This document shows, one piece after another, positions 28,442 to 37,291 of a stretch of 54,442 nucleotides of DNA. Source of the DNA: a bacterium. Its GTDB lineage: Bacteria > Patescibacteriota > Patescibacteriia > Magasanikbacterales > GWA2-37-8. The stretch lies in the NCBI GenBank assembly GCA_021812425.1, contig JAKANM010000001.1:1-54442 (forward strand). The letters are read 5' to 3'. Under the pieces are notes generated by a model, which saw nothing but the letters and a program-made list of their open reading frames with translations, was not told where the DNA came from and searched no databases. Numbering within the stretch: position 1 is the stretch's first letter; the number at the start of each line of letters is the position of its first letter. Made by a program: the position numbers and the translations under genes.

Positions 28442-29017
28442 ATGATCTATCCAAAATATTTTTTAAATTTATTGAACTTTGTCCGGAGGCATGGTTATCT
28501 CCCAAGTTTCAGAGAGATGCTTCTTCTGACTGGTTTGAAATCCACCAACGCCATCGCCAAACATTTTCAGAATTGGGTCGAAGCTGGGTTGCTTGAGAAA
28601 GATCGAGCTGGCAAGTATGTTGTTTCAAGTGCTGTTACCGGGTTACCGATGCTTGGCACCGTCGAGGCCGGCTGGCCTTCTCCGGCCGAGGAGGAATTGG
28701 CCGACACCATGAACCTTGATGAATTTTTAATTCACAACAAGGAGGCGACGTATATGTTGACGGTTTCAGGCGATTCGATGATTGATGCCGGGGTGAGGCC
28801 AGGCGACCTCGTGTTGGTGGAGCGGGGGAGAGAGCCAAAAGACGGCGATATTATTATTGCCGAGATCGACAGCGGCTGGACCATGAAATTCTTTCACAAA
28901 AGAGGCGGGCGAGTATCGCTTGAGCCGGCTAACAAAAAATATCAAACGATTTATCCAAAGGACGAACTTAAAGTCGCGGCGGTGGTCATGGCCGTGATTC
29001 GTAAGTATCACGCCTAA
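28442..29017 (+). CDS. lexA: LexA-family repressor (wHTH plus S24 peptidase)
   Basis: N-terminal wHTH (GYLPSFREMLLLTGLKSTNAIAKHF), cleavage site VEAG, catalytic GDSM and TMKFF Lys. The ATG at 28442 is preferred over the TTG at 28421. Confidence 0.85.
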   Translation: MIYPKYFLNLLNFVRRHGYLPSFREMLLLTGLKSTNAIAKHFQNWVEAGLLEKDRAGKYVVSSAVTGLPMLGTVEAGWPSPAEEELADTMNLDEFLIHNKEATYMLTVSGDSMIDAGVRPGDLVLVERGREPKDGDIIIAEIDSGWTMKFFHKRGGRVSLEPANKKYQTIYPKDELKVAAVVMAVIRKYHA

Positions 29018-29020
29018 ATT

Positions 29021-30325
29021 ATGCCCCTCTCTATTCACTCGTACCCGCGGGCTATTCTTCACATCGACGGAGACGCGTTTTTCGCTTCATGTGAGCAGGC
29101 ACGCAATCCGGCCTGGCAGGGGAAGCCGGTCATTTGCGGCAAGGAACGCGGGATCGCCGCCTCGATGAGCTATGAAGCCAAAGCGCGCGGAGTAACGCGG
29201 GCGATGCGGTTGTCAGAGATTATCAGGCTTTGTCCCGACGCGATTATTTTGCCGTCCGATTATGAAACATACAGTTTGCTTTCCAAAAGATTTTATGCGA
29301 TCGTGCGCCGTTTCACGTCCGAGGTGGAGGAGTATGGAGTGGATGAGTGTTTCGCTGATATTACCGGCCTTCGGCAGGTTTACAAGATGAGTTATGAAAA
29401 AATTGCTCTCGAAATAAAAAAGGCGATTGATACCGAGCTGGGTTTTACTTTCTCGGTTGGTCTTGCTCCGACTAAGACTCTCGCTAAAGTCGGCTCCAAA
29501 TGGCAGAAGCCATCCGGATTTACAGCGATCCCGGCCAGAGACGCCCATTTATATTTGAAAGATTTACCGACCGAGAAAATTTGGGGAATCGGACCGGCGA
29601 CTTCGGCTCTGCTTTTGAAACATGGCAAACGCACCGCTCTGGATTTTGCCGGTTCAAGCGAGGCGTGGGTAAAATATAATTTTAGCAAGCCTTTCTATGA
29701 AATCTGGCAGGAGCTGAACAGTCGACCGGTGATGGCTCTAAATTTGGATCCCAAGACTGATTACGCTTCCATCCAGAAGACTAGAACTTTCACTCCATCC
29801 TCAAACGATCGGGATTTTATTTTTTCGCAATTGTCAAAAAATATTGAAAACGCCTGCATTAAGGCGCGACGATATCGTCTCGCGGCCAGCGAGGCATATA
29901 TTTTTCTCAAGACTCAGGATTTTGATTATTACGGTCTTGAGTTGCGCTTCAGCCGAATGACCAGCGTGCCATTTGAGATGATAAGGGCGGCGAAGGAAGT
30001 GTTTGATAAAATATTTACCGGCAAAAAACAATATCGCGCGACTGGCATTATCCTGACGAAGCTCGGGGCCGAGAGTCGTCAGCCGGATTTGTTCGGCAGC
30101 TTTCAGAAAGTTGAGAAATTTATGAAAATTTATCGCGGCGTCGATGAGCTCGCGGCGCGCTATGGCAAGCACACGGTGTTCCTCGGCACCAGCTTTGAAG
30201 CGCAAAAATTCGGTGCGCACCTGACCGAGCGCGGGGACGATCCGGAACGCAAAAAACATTTATTGCTGGGCGAGACCAAACGTCAGCGGCTTAATATTCC
30301 AATGTGGCTAGGGATGGTCAGCTGA
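29021..30325 (+). CDS. Y-family DNA polymerase, UmuC-like
   Basis: ILHIDGDAFFASCEQ, EEYGVDECFADITG, SVGLAPTKTLAKV. It starts 4 nt after lexA, so an operon is likely. Confidence 0.85.
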   Translation: MPLSIHSYPRAILHIDGDAFFASCEQARNPAWQGKPVICGKERGIAASMSYEAKARGVTRAMRLSEIIRLCPDAIILPSDYETYSLLSKRFYAIVRRFTSEVEEYGVDECFADITGLRQVYKMSYEKIALEIKKAIDTELGFTFSVGLAPTKTLAKVGSKWQKPSGFTAIPARDAHLYLKDLPTEKIWGIGPATSALLLKHGKRTALDFAGSSEAWVKYNFSKPFYEIWQELNSRPVMALNLDPKTDYASIQKTRTFTPSSNDRDFIFSQLSKNIENACIKARRYRLAASEAYIFLKTQDFDYYGLELRFSRMTSVPFEMIRAAKEVFDKIFTGKKQYRATGIILTKLGAESRQPDLFGSFQKVEKFMKIYRGVDELAARYGKHTVFLGTSFEAQKFGAHLTERGDDPERKKHLLLGETKRQRLNIPMWLGMVS

Positions 30326-30360
30326 TTGTTAAAGTTGGGGTAAAATGGTATTCTAAGTGA

Positions 30361-31686
30361 ATGCTAGAGTCGAATTTGAAAAGGTTTGGCTTAATTTTAT
30401 CCACCATTCTAATGGCGTTTTTTTTAACAACGCCTATTTTCGTATTTGCGCAGACTGATATGCAGAGTGATCTTGAACAGCAGCTGAAGGATATCCAGAT
30501 TCAGATTGATACTTATACGAAAGAGCTTGATCAAACCGTAGTCCAGAAAAAAACCTTGATAAACAAGATCAAACAGCTGCAGACGAAGCAAAAGGCCCTG
30601 GCTTTGCAGATTAAACAAACTACCCTCGAATTATCGGCAGTTGAAATTAAAATCGGCGAGACACAAAAAAAAATAAAGGCGAATTTGCTTATGGAAGATG
30701 AATTGCATTTGGAAATTTCTGATACATTTCGTAAAATGAATGAAATCGACAATAACATTATCGTAGCACTAATAACTGCGAGAGGATTCTCAAATTTTTT
30801 CAATCAATTTCATGAATATACGTCTTTATCTGTTGCGCTCGACAATCTTCGGGTTAGCACTGAAGCCGTACGGATGAAAAATGAAGAAGCGAAGAAACAG
30901 TTAGAGTCACAGAAAACCGAAGTGGCCGGTCTCCTCCAAATAAAATCAATTCAACAGCAAAATTTGTCGAGCAGTCTTGGTGAACAGAAAGGTTTGCTTA
31001 CTGAGACCAAAGGGCTCGAAAGTAATTATCAATTAATCCTTGCGGATAGTAAAAAGAGAGCAGCTGAGATCCGGAATCGTATCTACGAACTTTTTGGTAC
31101 CGGGAAACAGATCACTTTCGGACAAGCGGTGGAGACTGCCAAATTTATTGCAGGTTTAACGAAGATAAGACCGGCGTTTTTGCTCGCAATCCTGACACAA
31201 GAATCCAATCTTGGTAAGAATGTCGGCACTTGTAATCGGGTCGGTGATCCGCCCGAGAAGGGCTGGCGCGTGATTATGAAGCCGAATCGCGATCAAGTGC
31301 CATTCCAATCTATAACGAAAGAATTGAATTTTGATACCGATAAAACTCCGGTGTCGTGCCCGATGCGAGATAAGAATGGTAAACAAGTCGGCTGGGGAGG
31401 AGCGATGGGCCCGGCGCAATTCATACCTTCGACTTGGATTGGCTACCGAGCGAAAGTTATTTCTTTGACTGGGAAAGGATCAGCGGACCCATGGGATATT
31501 CGTGATTCGTTTATTGCCGCCGCGATAAAGTTAGTAGCCGATGGCGCCGACGGCACGGACACAGGCGATTGGAAGGCCGCGATGCGTTATTTCTCCGGAT
31601 CGACGAATACTAGATTTAGATTTTATGGCGACAATGTTATAAATACTACCAATCAATATCTCCAGGATATCGCGGATCTGAAATAA
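30361..31686 (+). CDS. secreted coiled-coil protein with C-terminal lytic transglycosylase (MltB/SLT_2-like) domain
   Basis: Signal/TM segment, about 230 aa of heptad-rich Q/K/E/L sequence, then LLAILTQESNLGKN and GAMGPAQFIPSTW. Confidence 0.7.
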   Translation: MLESNLKRFGLILSTILMAFFLTTPIFVFAQTDMQSDLEQQLKDIQIQIDTYTKELDQTVVQKKTLINKIKQLQTKQKALALQIKQTTLELSAVEIKIGETQKKIKANLLMEDELHLEISDTFRKMNEIDNNIIVALITARGFSNFFNQFHEYTSLSVALDNLRVSTEAVRMKNEEAKKQLESQKTEVAGLLQIKSIQQQNLSSSLGEQKGLLTETKGLESNYQLILADSKKRAAEIRNRIYELFGTGKQITFGQAVETAKFIAGLTKIRPAFLLAILTQESNLGKNVGTCNRVGDPPEKGWRVIMKPNRDQVPFQSITKELNFDTDKTPVSCPMRDKNGKQVGWGGAMGPAQFIPSTWIGYRAKVISLTGKGSADPWDIRDSFIAAAIKLVADGADGTDTGDWKAAMRYFSGSTNTRFRFYGDNVINTTNQYLQDIADLK

Positions 31687-31688
31687 AG

Positions 31689-31718
31689 AAGGTAGGCCGC
31701 GGTGGACCTACCTTTTCT
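31689..31718. terminator. bidirectional terminator between convergent genes
   Basis: AAGGTAGG / CCTACCTT stem (31689-31696 / 31707-31714) followed by a T-run. Confidence 0.6.
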
Positions 31719-31734
31719 GATGATCTTGGTTCGA

Positions 31735-32577
31735 CTACTTCAGTCTTCCGATGATGCTGGTGAGAAGGTGCGAGAAACGCTTTGCAGCCTTCTCACCCTG
31801 TTTAGAGTTGTCTTCATGCGAAATGTCGCCTGGCACGATCCCGGCGCCGTAGTTGGTGATGAGCGAAATGCCGAGCACTCGCGCTCCGAGCTCTTTCAGA
31901 GCCATCGCTTCGTGAATGGTCGACATGCCAGCCATGTCCGCGCCAAGGACGCGCAATGCTTTGATCTCCGCCGGAGTTTCGAAAGACGGACCTCGCTTGG
32001 AAGTGAGGACACCCTCGGCGAGCCTCCGTCCATACAAACGCGACGCGACGCATTGCGCATCTTTTCGCAGTCCTTCGTCATAGACATTAGTCATGGCGAC
32101 GAAAGGCTGCGTCGGATCGACGCCGAGGTAATTGATGTGGTCTTTGATGAGCACCAGTTGGCCGGGGCGATATTTCAGATTTACCGATCCGGTCGCGCAG
32201 GTGAGAATTTGCGTGGTCGCGCCGGCATGGAACGCGGCGCGTACCGCCATGAGGGTGGTGTCGAGCTCGACGAAAGGTTCGTACAGGTGTTTGCGTCCGG
32301 AGAAAAGCAGGACGCCGTGGCGGCCGATCTTTGAGTAGCGCAGGATTCCGGCATGGCCAGGCACGCCGGCGATCGGTAAACCCACGCTATTGTAGGGGAT
32401 TTCCATCGTGTCGGAGTGGTCTTTGCCGTAGTCGCCGAGGCCGGATCCGAGGATCACAGCCAGGTCAATTTCCTTTCCTTTCAGCCATTTCGTGATGTTG
32501 ACCGAGCGCTGGAGATATCCGCTCTTGGCGCGGTCGACCCTGTAGTTTTCGAGAGTTGTCTTGTGTGAGGCGTTCAT
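31735..32577 (-). CDS. purine nucleoside phosphorylase (trimeric PNP/MTAP family)
   Basis: LGSGLG, GRKHLYE, MSTIHEAMALKELGARVLGISLITN. The 210-aa antisense ORF (31702-32334) is rejected. Confidence 0.9.
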   Translation of the reverse strand: MNASHKTTLENYRVDRAKSGYLQRSVNITKWLKGKEIDLAVILGSGLGDYGKDHSDTMEIPYNSVGLPIAGVPGHAGILRYSKIGRHGVLLFSGRKHLYEPFVELDTTLMAVRAAFHAGATTQILTCATGSVNLKYRPGQLVLIKDHINYLGVDPTQPFVAMTNVYDEGLRKDAQCVASRLYGRRLAEGVLTSKRGPSFETPAEIKALRVLGADMAGMSTIHEAMALKELGARVLGISLITNYGAGIVPGDISHEDNSKQGEKAAKRFSHLLTSIIGRLK

Positions 32578-32619
32578 GACGATTTCCTTTCGTTAGGAGG
32601 TAAAATTGATTACCAAAAT

Positions 32620-33000
32620 TTATGATCCTGTATTCTCAAACTTGTTTTTGCCTTCATGTCCGAGTTGCCTCGTGATCATGTCGACGAATTGACCAACGTT
32701 TTTGATGTCGGCGCTACGGAGAAGGAACATCTCGTAGCGACGCTTTGCTTCTTTCAGCCCCCTTTCTACTTCGTATAGGCTGATTGAAGTGGTGTTATAT
32801 ATTGATTCCGGGTCTTGCTGTCTTTCGTTGGCAAGCCAGTTGGTGAACCAATCTTGTACCGCGAAACGCGAGACGTCCAAAATTGCGGCCAGTCTTCTTT
32901 CTCGCTTTTTTTCGCTACGACGGCTGATCGTTCTCAAAACAATGATCATTAGGATTATCGCTAGAATCAGGATCCAGGGCAGTCCAAGACCAATATTCAT
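32620..33000 (-). CDS. hypothetical membrane-anchored protein, paralog of 39237-39572
   Basis: ATG at 33000 is preceded by GAGGG. It has a TM, a basic stretch, and a C-terminal ...VQDWFTNWL...PESIYNTTSISLYEV...NVGQFVDMITRQL segment that aligns with the 39237 product. Confidence 0.5.
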   Translation of the reverse strand: MNIGLGLPWILILAIILMIIVLRTISRRSEKKRERRLAAILDVSRFAVQDWFTNWLANERQQDPESIYNTTSISLYEVERGLKEAKRRYEMFLLRSADIKNVGQFVDMITRQLGHEGKNKFENTGS

Positions 33001-33121
33001 TTTACCCTCGTGTTCGTTTGGAAAATTCTCCAAAACTTACGGAGATTGTAAAGGTACAAACCACGTATAAGGATACCACAAATTGGCAAATTTGGCAAGA
33101 CTAGCGGTTCTTTTTGTTCAC

Positions 33122-33154
33122 CAAAAAAACAGCCCTGCAAATGGCTGTTTTTTG
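33122..33154. terminator. hairpin flanked by A7/T6 (terminator of the lipoprotein gene)
   Basis: ACAGCC-CTGCAAAT-GGCTGT (33129-33148), with an A-run before and a T-run after. Confidence 0.55.
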
Positions 33155-33165
33155 AGAGGATTAGA

Positions 33166-33678
33166 TTATTTTTTGCTGACGGTTATAGTTATTAGTGTGG
33201 CTGTGGTGTCGCCCCTACTAACCATAACTGTAACAATTCGGGTGTCTTTTTCCGCAGTCACGGTAGATAGTTCGCCAAAACTCATCGTGCCAGTGATGCT
33301 CCAGCCGTCGGCTTTCAATTTATCTTGATAGAATTGGTATGCTTCAGCCGTGCTTTTGCTGGTCTCAATCGAAACTTGAAATCCTTGATTCGCGGTGAAG
33401 GATGAAGCTGAGACGAATTTCCCGATGTTGGTATAAACGTCCGTAGGAAAGCCAGACGGTAATTTTACGTCTCCACCAGCTACCATCTCGACGCCGTTAG
33501 CTTTGTATTTCACGCTTTTATCTTGAATATCGAGATTAACATTGCCACCAGCATTTCCTTCAAGCAGTTTTTCCGCCGCTTTTCTAGCCGCATATTCAGA
33601 CGGAGTCCTGGCGCAACCCGCGCCCGTCAGGACTAGCCCCAAAAGAATCATCGAAACAATTTTGATTTTATTATTCAT
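33166..33678 (-). CDS. lipoprotein, unknown function
   Basis: Signal peptide ending in the lipobox LTGAGC (MNNKIKIVSMILLGLVLTGAGCA). Confidence 0.6.
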   Translation of the reverse strand: MNNKIKIVSMILLGLVLTGAGCARTPSEYAARKAAEKLLEGNAGGNVNLDIQDKSVKYKANGVEMVAGGDVKLPSGFPTDVYTNIGKFVSASSFTANQGFQVSIETSKSTAEAYQFYQDKLKADGWSITGTMSFGELSTVTAEKDTRIVTVMVSRGDTTATLITITVSKK

Positions 33679-33831
33679 AAATTGTTTAATATTTATAATT
33701 AGTTAACGTTAAATATCATACATCATCTCGACTTTGTTTACAATAAATAGCTCTAGGGGTCGGGCGGGTGTGAGTTTTTCTGAAATGTGATATACTAATA
33801 GTGCTAATATATATTTCATTTACATTTATAT

Positions 33832-34257
33832 ATGAAGATATCGGAGAATTTGTTGCAGTTTAGTAACGGAGAAGCTCTATTGGTCGTATCAGGAGACTTC
33901 GAGGTCGATTTTTATTTGGCGTCGAATGGAGAAATCAACAAGATAGACGGTTTTCTCGTCGAGAGAAGAAACCAGGACATCCCAGTTGGATTTGTAGCGG
34001 CTGAGTCCGGCAATATTAAAACTCTAAAAAAATTTCGTCATAGCGAGTTTATCGAGGAATTCAAGAAGCATCTCGCTGGTTTGCTTGCCAAACAATTGGT
34101 GAAAGAGATTTTTCTGTTTGCTCCCGCGGAAGTGAAAAACGAACTTGAGAAAGCCTTGCCGACCAAATTACGCAAAAATTTAAGGGTTTATGAGGGTAAT
34201 TTTCACAAAGAGCATCCTTTTAAATTGTTAGAAAAATTAGCTTCATTGCCAAAGTAA
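33832..34257 (+). CDS. hypothetical protein; weak resemblance to host-attachment/baeRF (bacterial eRF1-like) family
   Basis: 141 aa. The C-terminal pattern IFLFAPAEVKNELEKALPTKLRKNL...HPFKLLEKL resembles the LvlvApP..LG.LR...el motif region of that family. This is recalled from memory only. Confidence 0.4.
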   Translation: MKISENLLQFSNGEALLVVSGDFEVDFYLASNGEINKIDGFLVERRNQDIPVGFVAAESGNIKTLKKFRHSEFIEEFKKHLAGLLAKQLVKEIFLFAPAEVKNELEKALPTKLRKNLRVYEGNFHKEHPFKLLEKLASLPK

Positions 34258-34351
34258 TAAAAAGTAATAAGCGGTATATGGGCTTCGCCGCATATATTCT
34301 TATTCGCTCGAAAATGAAAATTATTTTTCATTTTGCTCACTCATTTCGAAT

Positions 34352-35525
34352 ATGGAAATAAGGAGGCCAAAAATACCTAGCAACGTCATCACCATCGCTT
34401 TTGTAGCGCTTGCCTCCGGCTTTGGTCAGGATCTCATCACCCCCGCGATTCCGGCGTTTCTTACTCTTCTAAATGTTAGTCATGCTGGCATCGGAGCTAT
34501 TGACGGTATGCTCCAGGGCGCGACCAGTATTTTTAGGTTTATTTCCGGCATTGTTTCCGATCATTTTAAAAGAAGAAAATTTTTTGTCTTTATCGGTTAC
34601 GCGCTTTCGTCGGTGGCCCGTCCATTTTTGGCGTTGACTTCCACTTTTACTTCAGTAGCAATCTTACGTGTTATCGACGGGGTCGGGAAAGGAACCAAAG
34701 ACGCGCCGCGCGATGCCTTGATCGCCGATTCATCAGAAAAATCCGCCAGCGGGCGGGTTTTTGGTTTTCATCGCGTGATTGATACAGCCGGGTCGGTTTT
34801 GGGGCCGTTGGTTGCCGCCGCTCTCCTGATTTTTCTCACGCCAACACTCCACACTTATCGGCTCATCTTTGCTTTAGCTGCCATTCCGGGCGCAATCGCT
34901 CTGATACTCATTTTGTTCGCAATGAAGGAACCAAAGACAATCCAGGAGGCGCGCGTTTCTTATGACAAACATTTTCCCTGGCAGTTTTGGGTGTTTACCG
35001 CCGGCACAACCATCGCGATGCTGACCAAGGTGAACGATTCGCTTTTTTTTGGTTCGCGCCAACGACATCGGAATTTCGCGTGCCTGGATACCGGTTTTGT
35101 TCGCCGCTTTCACGTTGGTCTACGCTGCTCTCTCGTATCCGATTGGGGTGCTCAGTGATCGTTATGGCAAGTTGCCATTCATCGCCGGTGGCTGGCTGAT
35201 CTTGTCGATCGTGGAATTTGGTTTTGCTCACGAATCGTCTATTTCATTTGCGCTAATTCTGTTTGCGTTTTATGGATTGTTTTATGCCTTGACTGAAGGT
35301 TCCGGCCGCGCCCTGATCGCTGATCTGGTGCCGACGGAGGCTCGCGGAAGCGCTTACGCTATTTTCCACACTATCGTTGGCCTCGCGATTATCATTGGTG
35401 GTTATGGGTTGGGGAGTGTTTGGGATAATTTTTCCGCGGCCGTGACTTTCAATGTTTCGGCGCTTGGATCGATGGTTGGATTTTTGGTCCTGATGACAAT
35501 GCTGGTGTATAAAAAAACGAGTTAA
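34352..35525 (+). pseudogene. MFS transporter interrupted by a +1 frameshift in a T8 run (35043-35050)
   Basis: ORFs 34352-35158 and 35049-35525 are the two halves of one MFS protein. Removing one T restores ...KVNDSLFLVRANDIGISRAWIPVLF..., with 6 TM on each side. This may be an assembly error, phase variation or a true pseudogene. Confidence 0.7.
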
Positions 35526-35552
35526 TTAGGATTTAATTCATAACGCAAGCAT

Positions 35553-35633
35553 ATGAAATGCACGGAATGCGGACATGAGCACAGGATGAAGGACGGAAGC
35601 TGTTCCTGCGGTTGCGAAGCAAGCAAAAGTTAG
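35553..35633 (+). CDS. possible 26-aa Cys-rich peptide MKCTECGHEHRMKDGSCSCGCEASKS
   Basis: CxxC...CxCxC pattern in a 119-nt gap. There is no clear SD, so coding status is uncertain. Confidence 0.2.
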   Translation: MKCTECGHEHRMKDGSCSCGCEASKS

Positions 35634-35644
35634 AGGTAAACGTT

Positions 35645-37153
35645 CTAACGGCTAAAATTTAAAAAATAAGCTACGCCATCCGTGAAAAACGGATCGCCGA
35701 TAAAGTTTTGACCCAAAATCGGACTGACTAGTTTAAGTTTTTCAAAATTAGCGACCGAGCCGGTTTTCTGCAGGTCGTTAAATAATAAATCTCTTTCGGT
35801 ATCGATATCAGGATTAATCCTGTGAGTAATGAACCATTTTATCCCGACATCGAGACTGGCCGTGCCGACATAAATATTATCTCCGCCGACGGTCTTAAAA
35901 TTAGTTTTCCAAAATCTTGCGTGATGACGTTGTCTCACGCTTTTTGTTTCCGTTGATTTTTCAAAACCTAAGTCATGAATTTGTTTGTTCCAAAAAGAAG
36001 GGGTCATCGGCGCGGTATCGTATTGATGGTTGTAAATAGAGTACTTGATGGTTTCGAGAATAGAATTTAGATTTACTTTATCCGCCAGGGTCCAGCCGGC
36101 TTTTTTGAAATTATTTATGACTGTTGTATCGTCATTAGCCGTAATGATTAGACTGATCGGTTCCTGTTTGCCTCCGACTAAAGTTTCAGTATAGCGAGGC
36201 AGATTGAAATCCCTGAAAATATTTGTCGCTTCCACCGTCATTTCGATGGTAGCTGAGGATTTCAGGATAAGTTTTGGATGATAGGTGAATCCATATGAAA
36301 TATAAAAAATAATTGCGAGACTTACTAGGCCGCCTATAATTATTTTTGGATGTTTGGTGGCAATATTTTGTACAAATGAATTATTTTGTTGTTCAGAAGA
36401 TTTTAGTTCAGTTAAACCGATACCGATAATGAGCCATAAAAATCCGACCAAGTAACCGGTCCAGACATCACTCACATAATGAACGCCGAGGTATAATCTG
36501 CTAAAACCGATCGACAAAATTATCAGAATGGTAATCAAAACAGTCAGAACGCGCAGTATTTTGTTTTTTAATTTTTTAAATACCAGGTAGGCAAGAAAAC
36601 CATAGAACGCGACGGCGATGGTGGAGTGTCCGCTTGGAAATGAATTTGAATCTTCCAGGAAGACAGCGTTTAGGGGGCGAGGCCGCTGAAAAATTAACTT
36701 AGCCATGAAAGTAAAGCCCTCGCTACCGATGATGGTTAGCCAAAGCGTGACGACCTGCCATTTTTTGTGTGTTAGATAGAGCAGCGCGGAAGTCACCAGC
36801 GCGAACACGATAATCGTCGGACTCTCGCCAAGCAGTGTTATCCAAAGGAATGTTTTTATCGCCCCCGCATTGCGAAACGCATAGAGCAAGGTGTTGACTC
36901 GCACGTCGGCTTCCGTGATAATGTCCGAAAACATATAGTCGCCGATCGATCCGAAAAATAACAAAAGCGCATATAAAAATATCGCGCTCAAAATGGTCAG
37001 AGGCAATCCTGAAAATTTCGTTCGATCAAGACGGAGTTTTATAAAATTAAAACTGTAGGGATATTTTTTCTTCAATCCCTGGACGTTTTCGTTGTCGATG
37101 AAGGCTTTTTTGAATGACTGGTACAAGGATTTGATGATGTTCATAGTGGACAT
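35645..37153 (-). CDS. PAP2-family phosphatase fused to a C-terminal LssY-like domain
   Basis: PAP2 motifs KLIFQRPRP, PSGHS, SRLYLGVHYVSDV. Multiple TM segments and a C-terminal ~220-aa soluble domain. The start is uncertain (ATG 37153 vs TTG 37192). Confidence 0.75.
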   Translation of the reverse strand: MSTMNIIKSLYQSFKKAFIDNENVQGLKKKYPYSFNFIKLRLDRTKFSGLPLTILSAIFLYALLLFFGSIGDYMFSDIITEADVRVNTLLYAFRNAGAIKTFLWITLLGESPTIIVFALVTSALLYLTHKKWQVVTLWLTIIGSEGFTFMAKLIFQRPRPLNAVFLEDSNSFPSGHSTIAVAFYGFLAYLVFKKLKNKILRVLTVLITILIILSIGFSRLYLGVHYVSDVWTGYLVGFLWLIIGIGLTELKSSEQQNNSFVQNIATKHPKIIIGGLVSLAIIFYISYGFTYHPKLILKSSATIEMTVEATNIFRDFNLPRYTETLVGGKQEPISLIITANDDTTVINNFKKAGWTLADKVNLNSILETIKYSIYNHQYDTAPMTPSFWNKQIHDLGFEKSTETKSVRQRHHARFWKTNFKTVGGDNIYVGTASLDVGIKWFITHRINPDIDTERDLLFNDLQKTGSVANFEKLKLVSPILGQNFIGDPFFTDGVAYFLNFSR

Positions 37154-37291
37154 TTCTGACTCTGATTCTAGCACAAATGACAAAATAATCAAAAAAGTAA
37201 CAAAATGTTATTGCATAAGTGCAAGGAGAGGGTGTAGGAGAAGAATTTTTTGTGGTATATTATAGTTTAACTATATCCTAGCGCTATAGCT

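Noticed and set aside
31702-32334. 210-aa plus-strand ORF opposite the PNP gene
   Set aside because: The minus-strand product has clear PNP/MTAP family motifs. The plus-strand ORF is Arg-rich antisense noise that starts inside the terminator hairpin.
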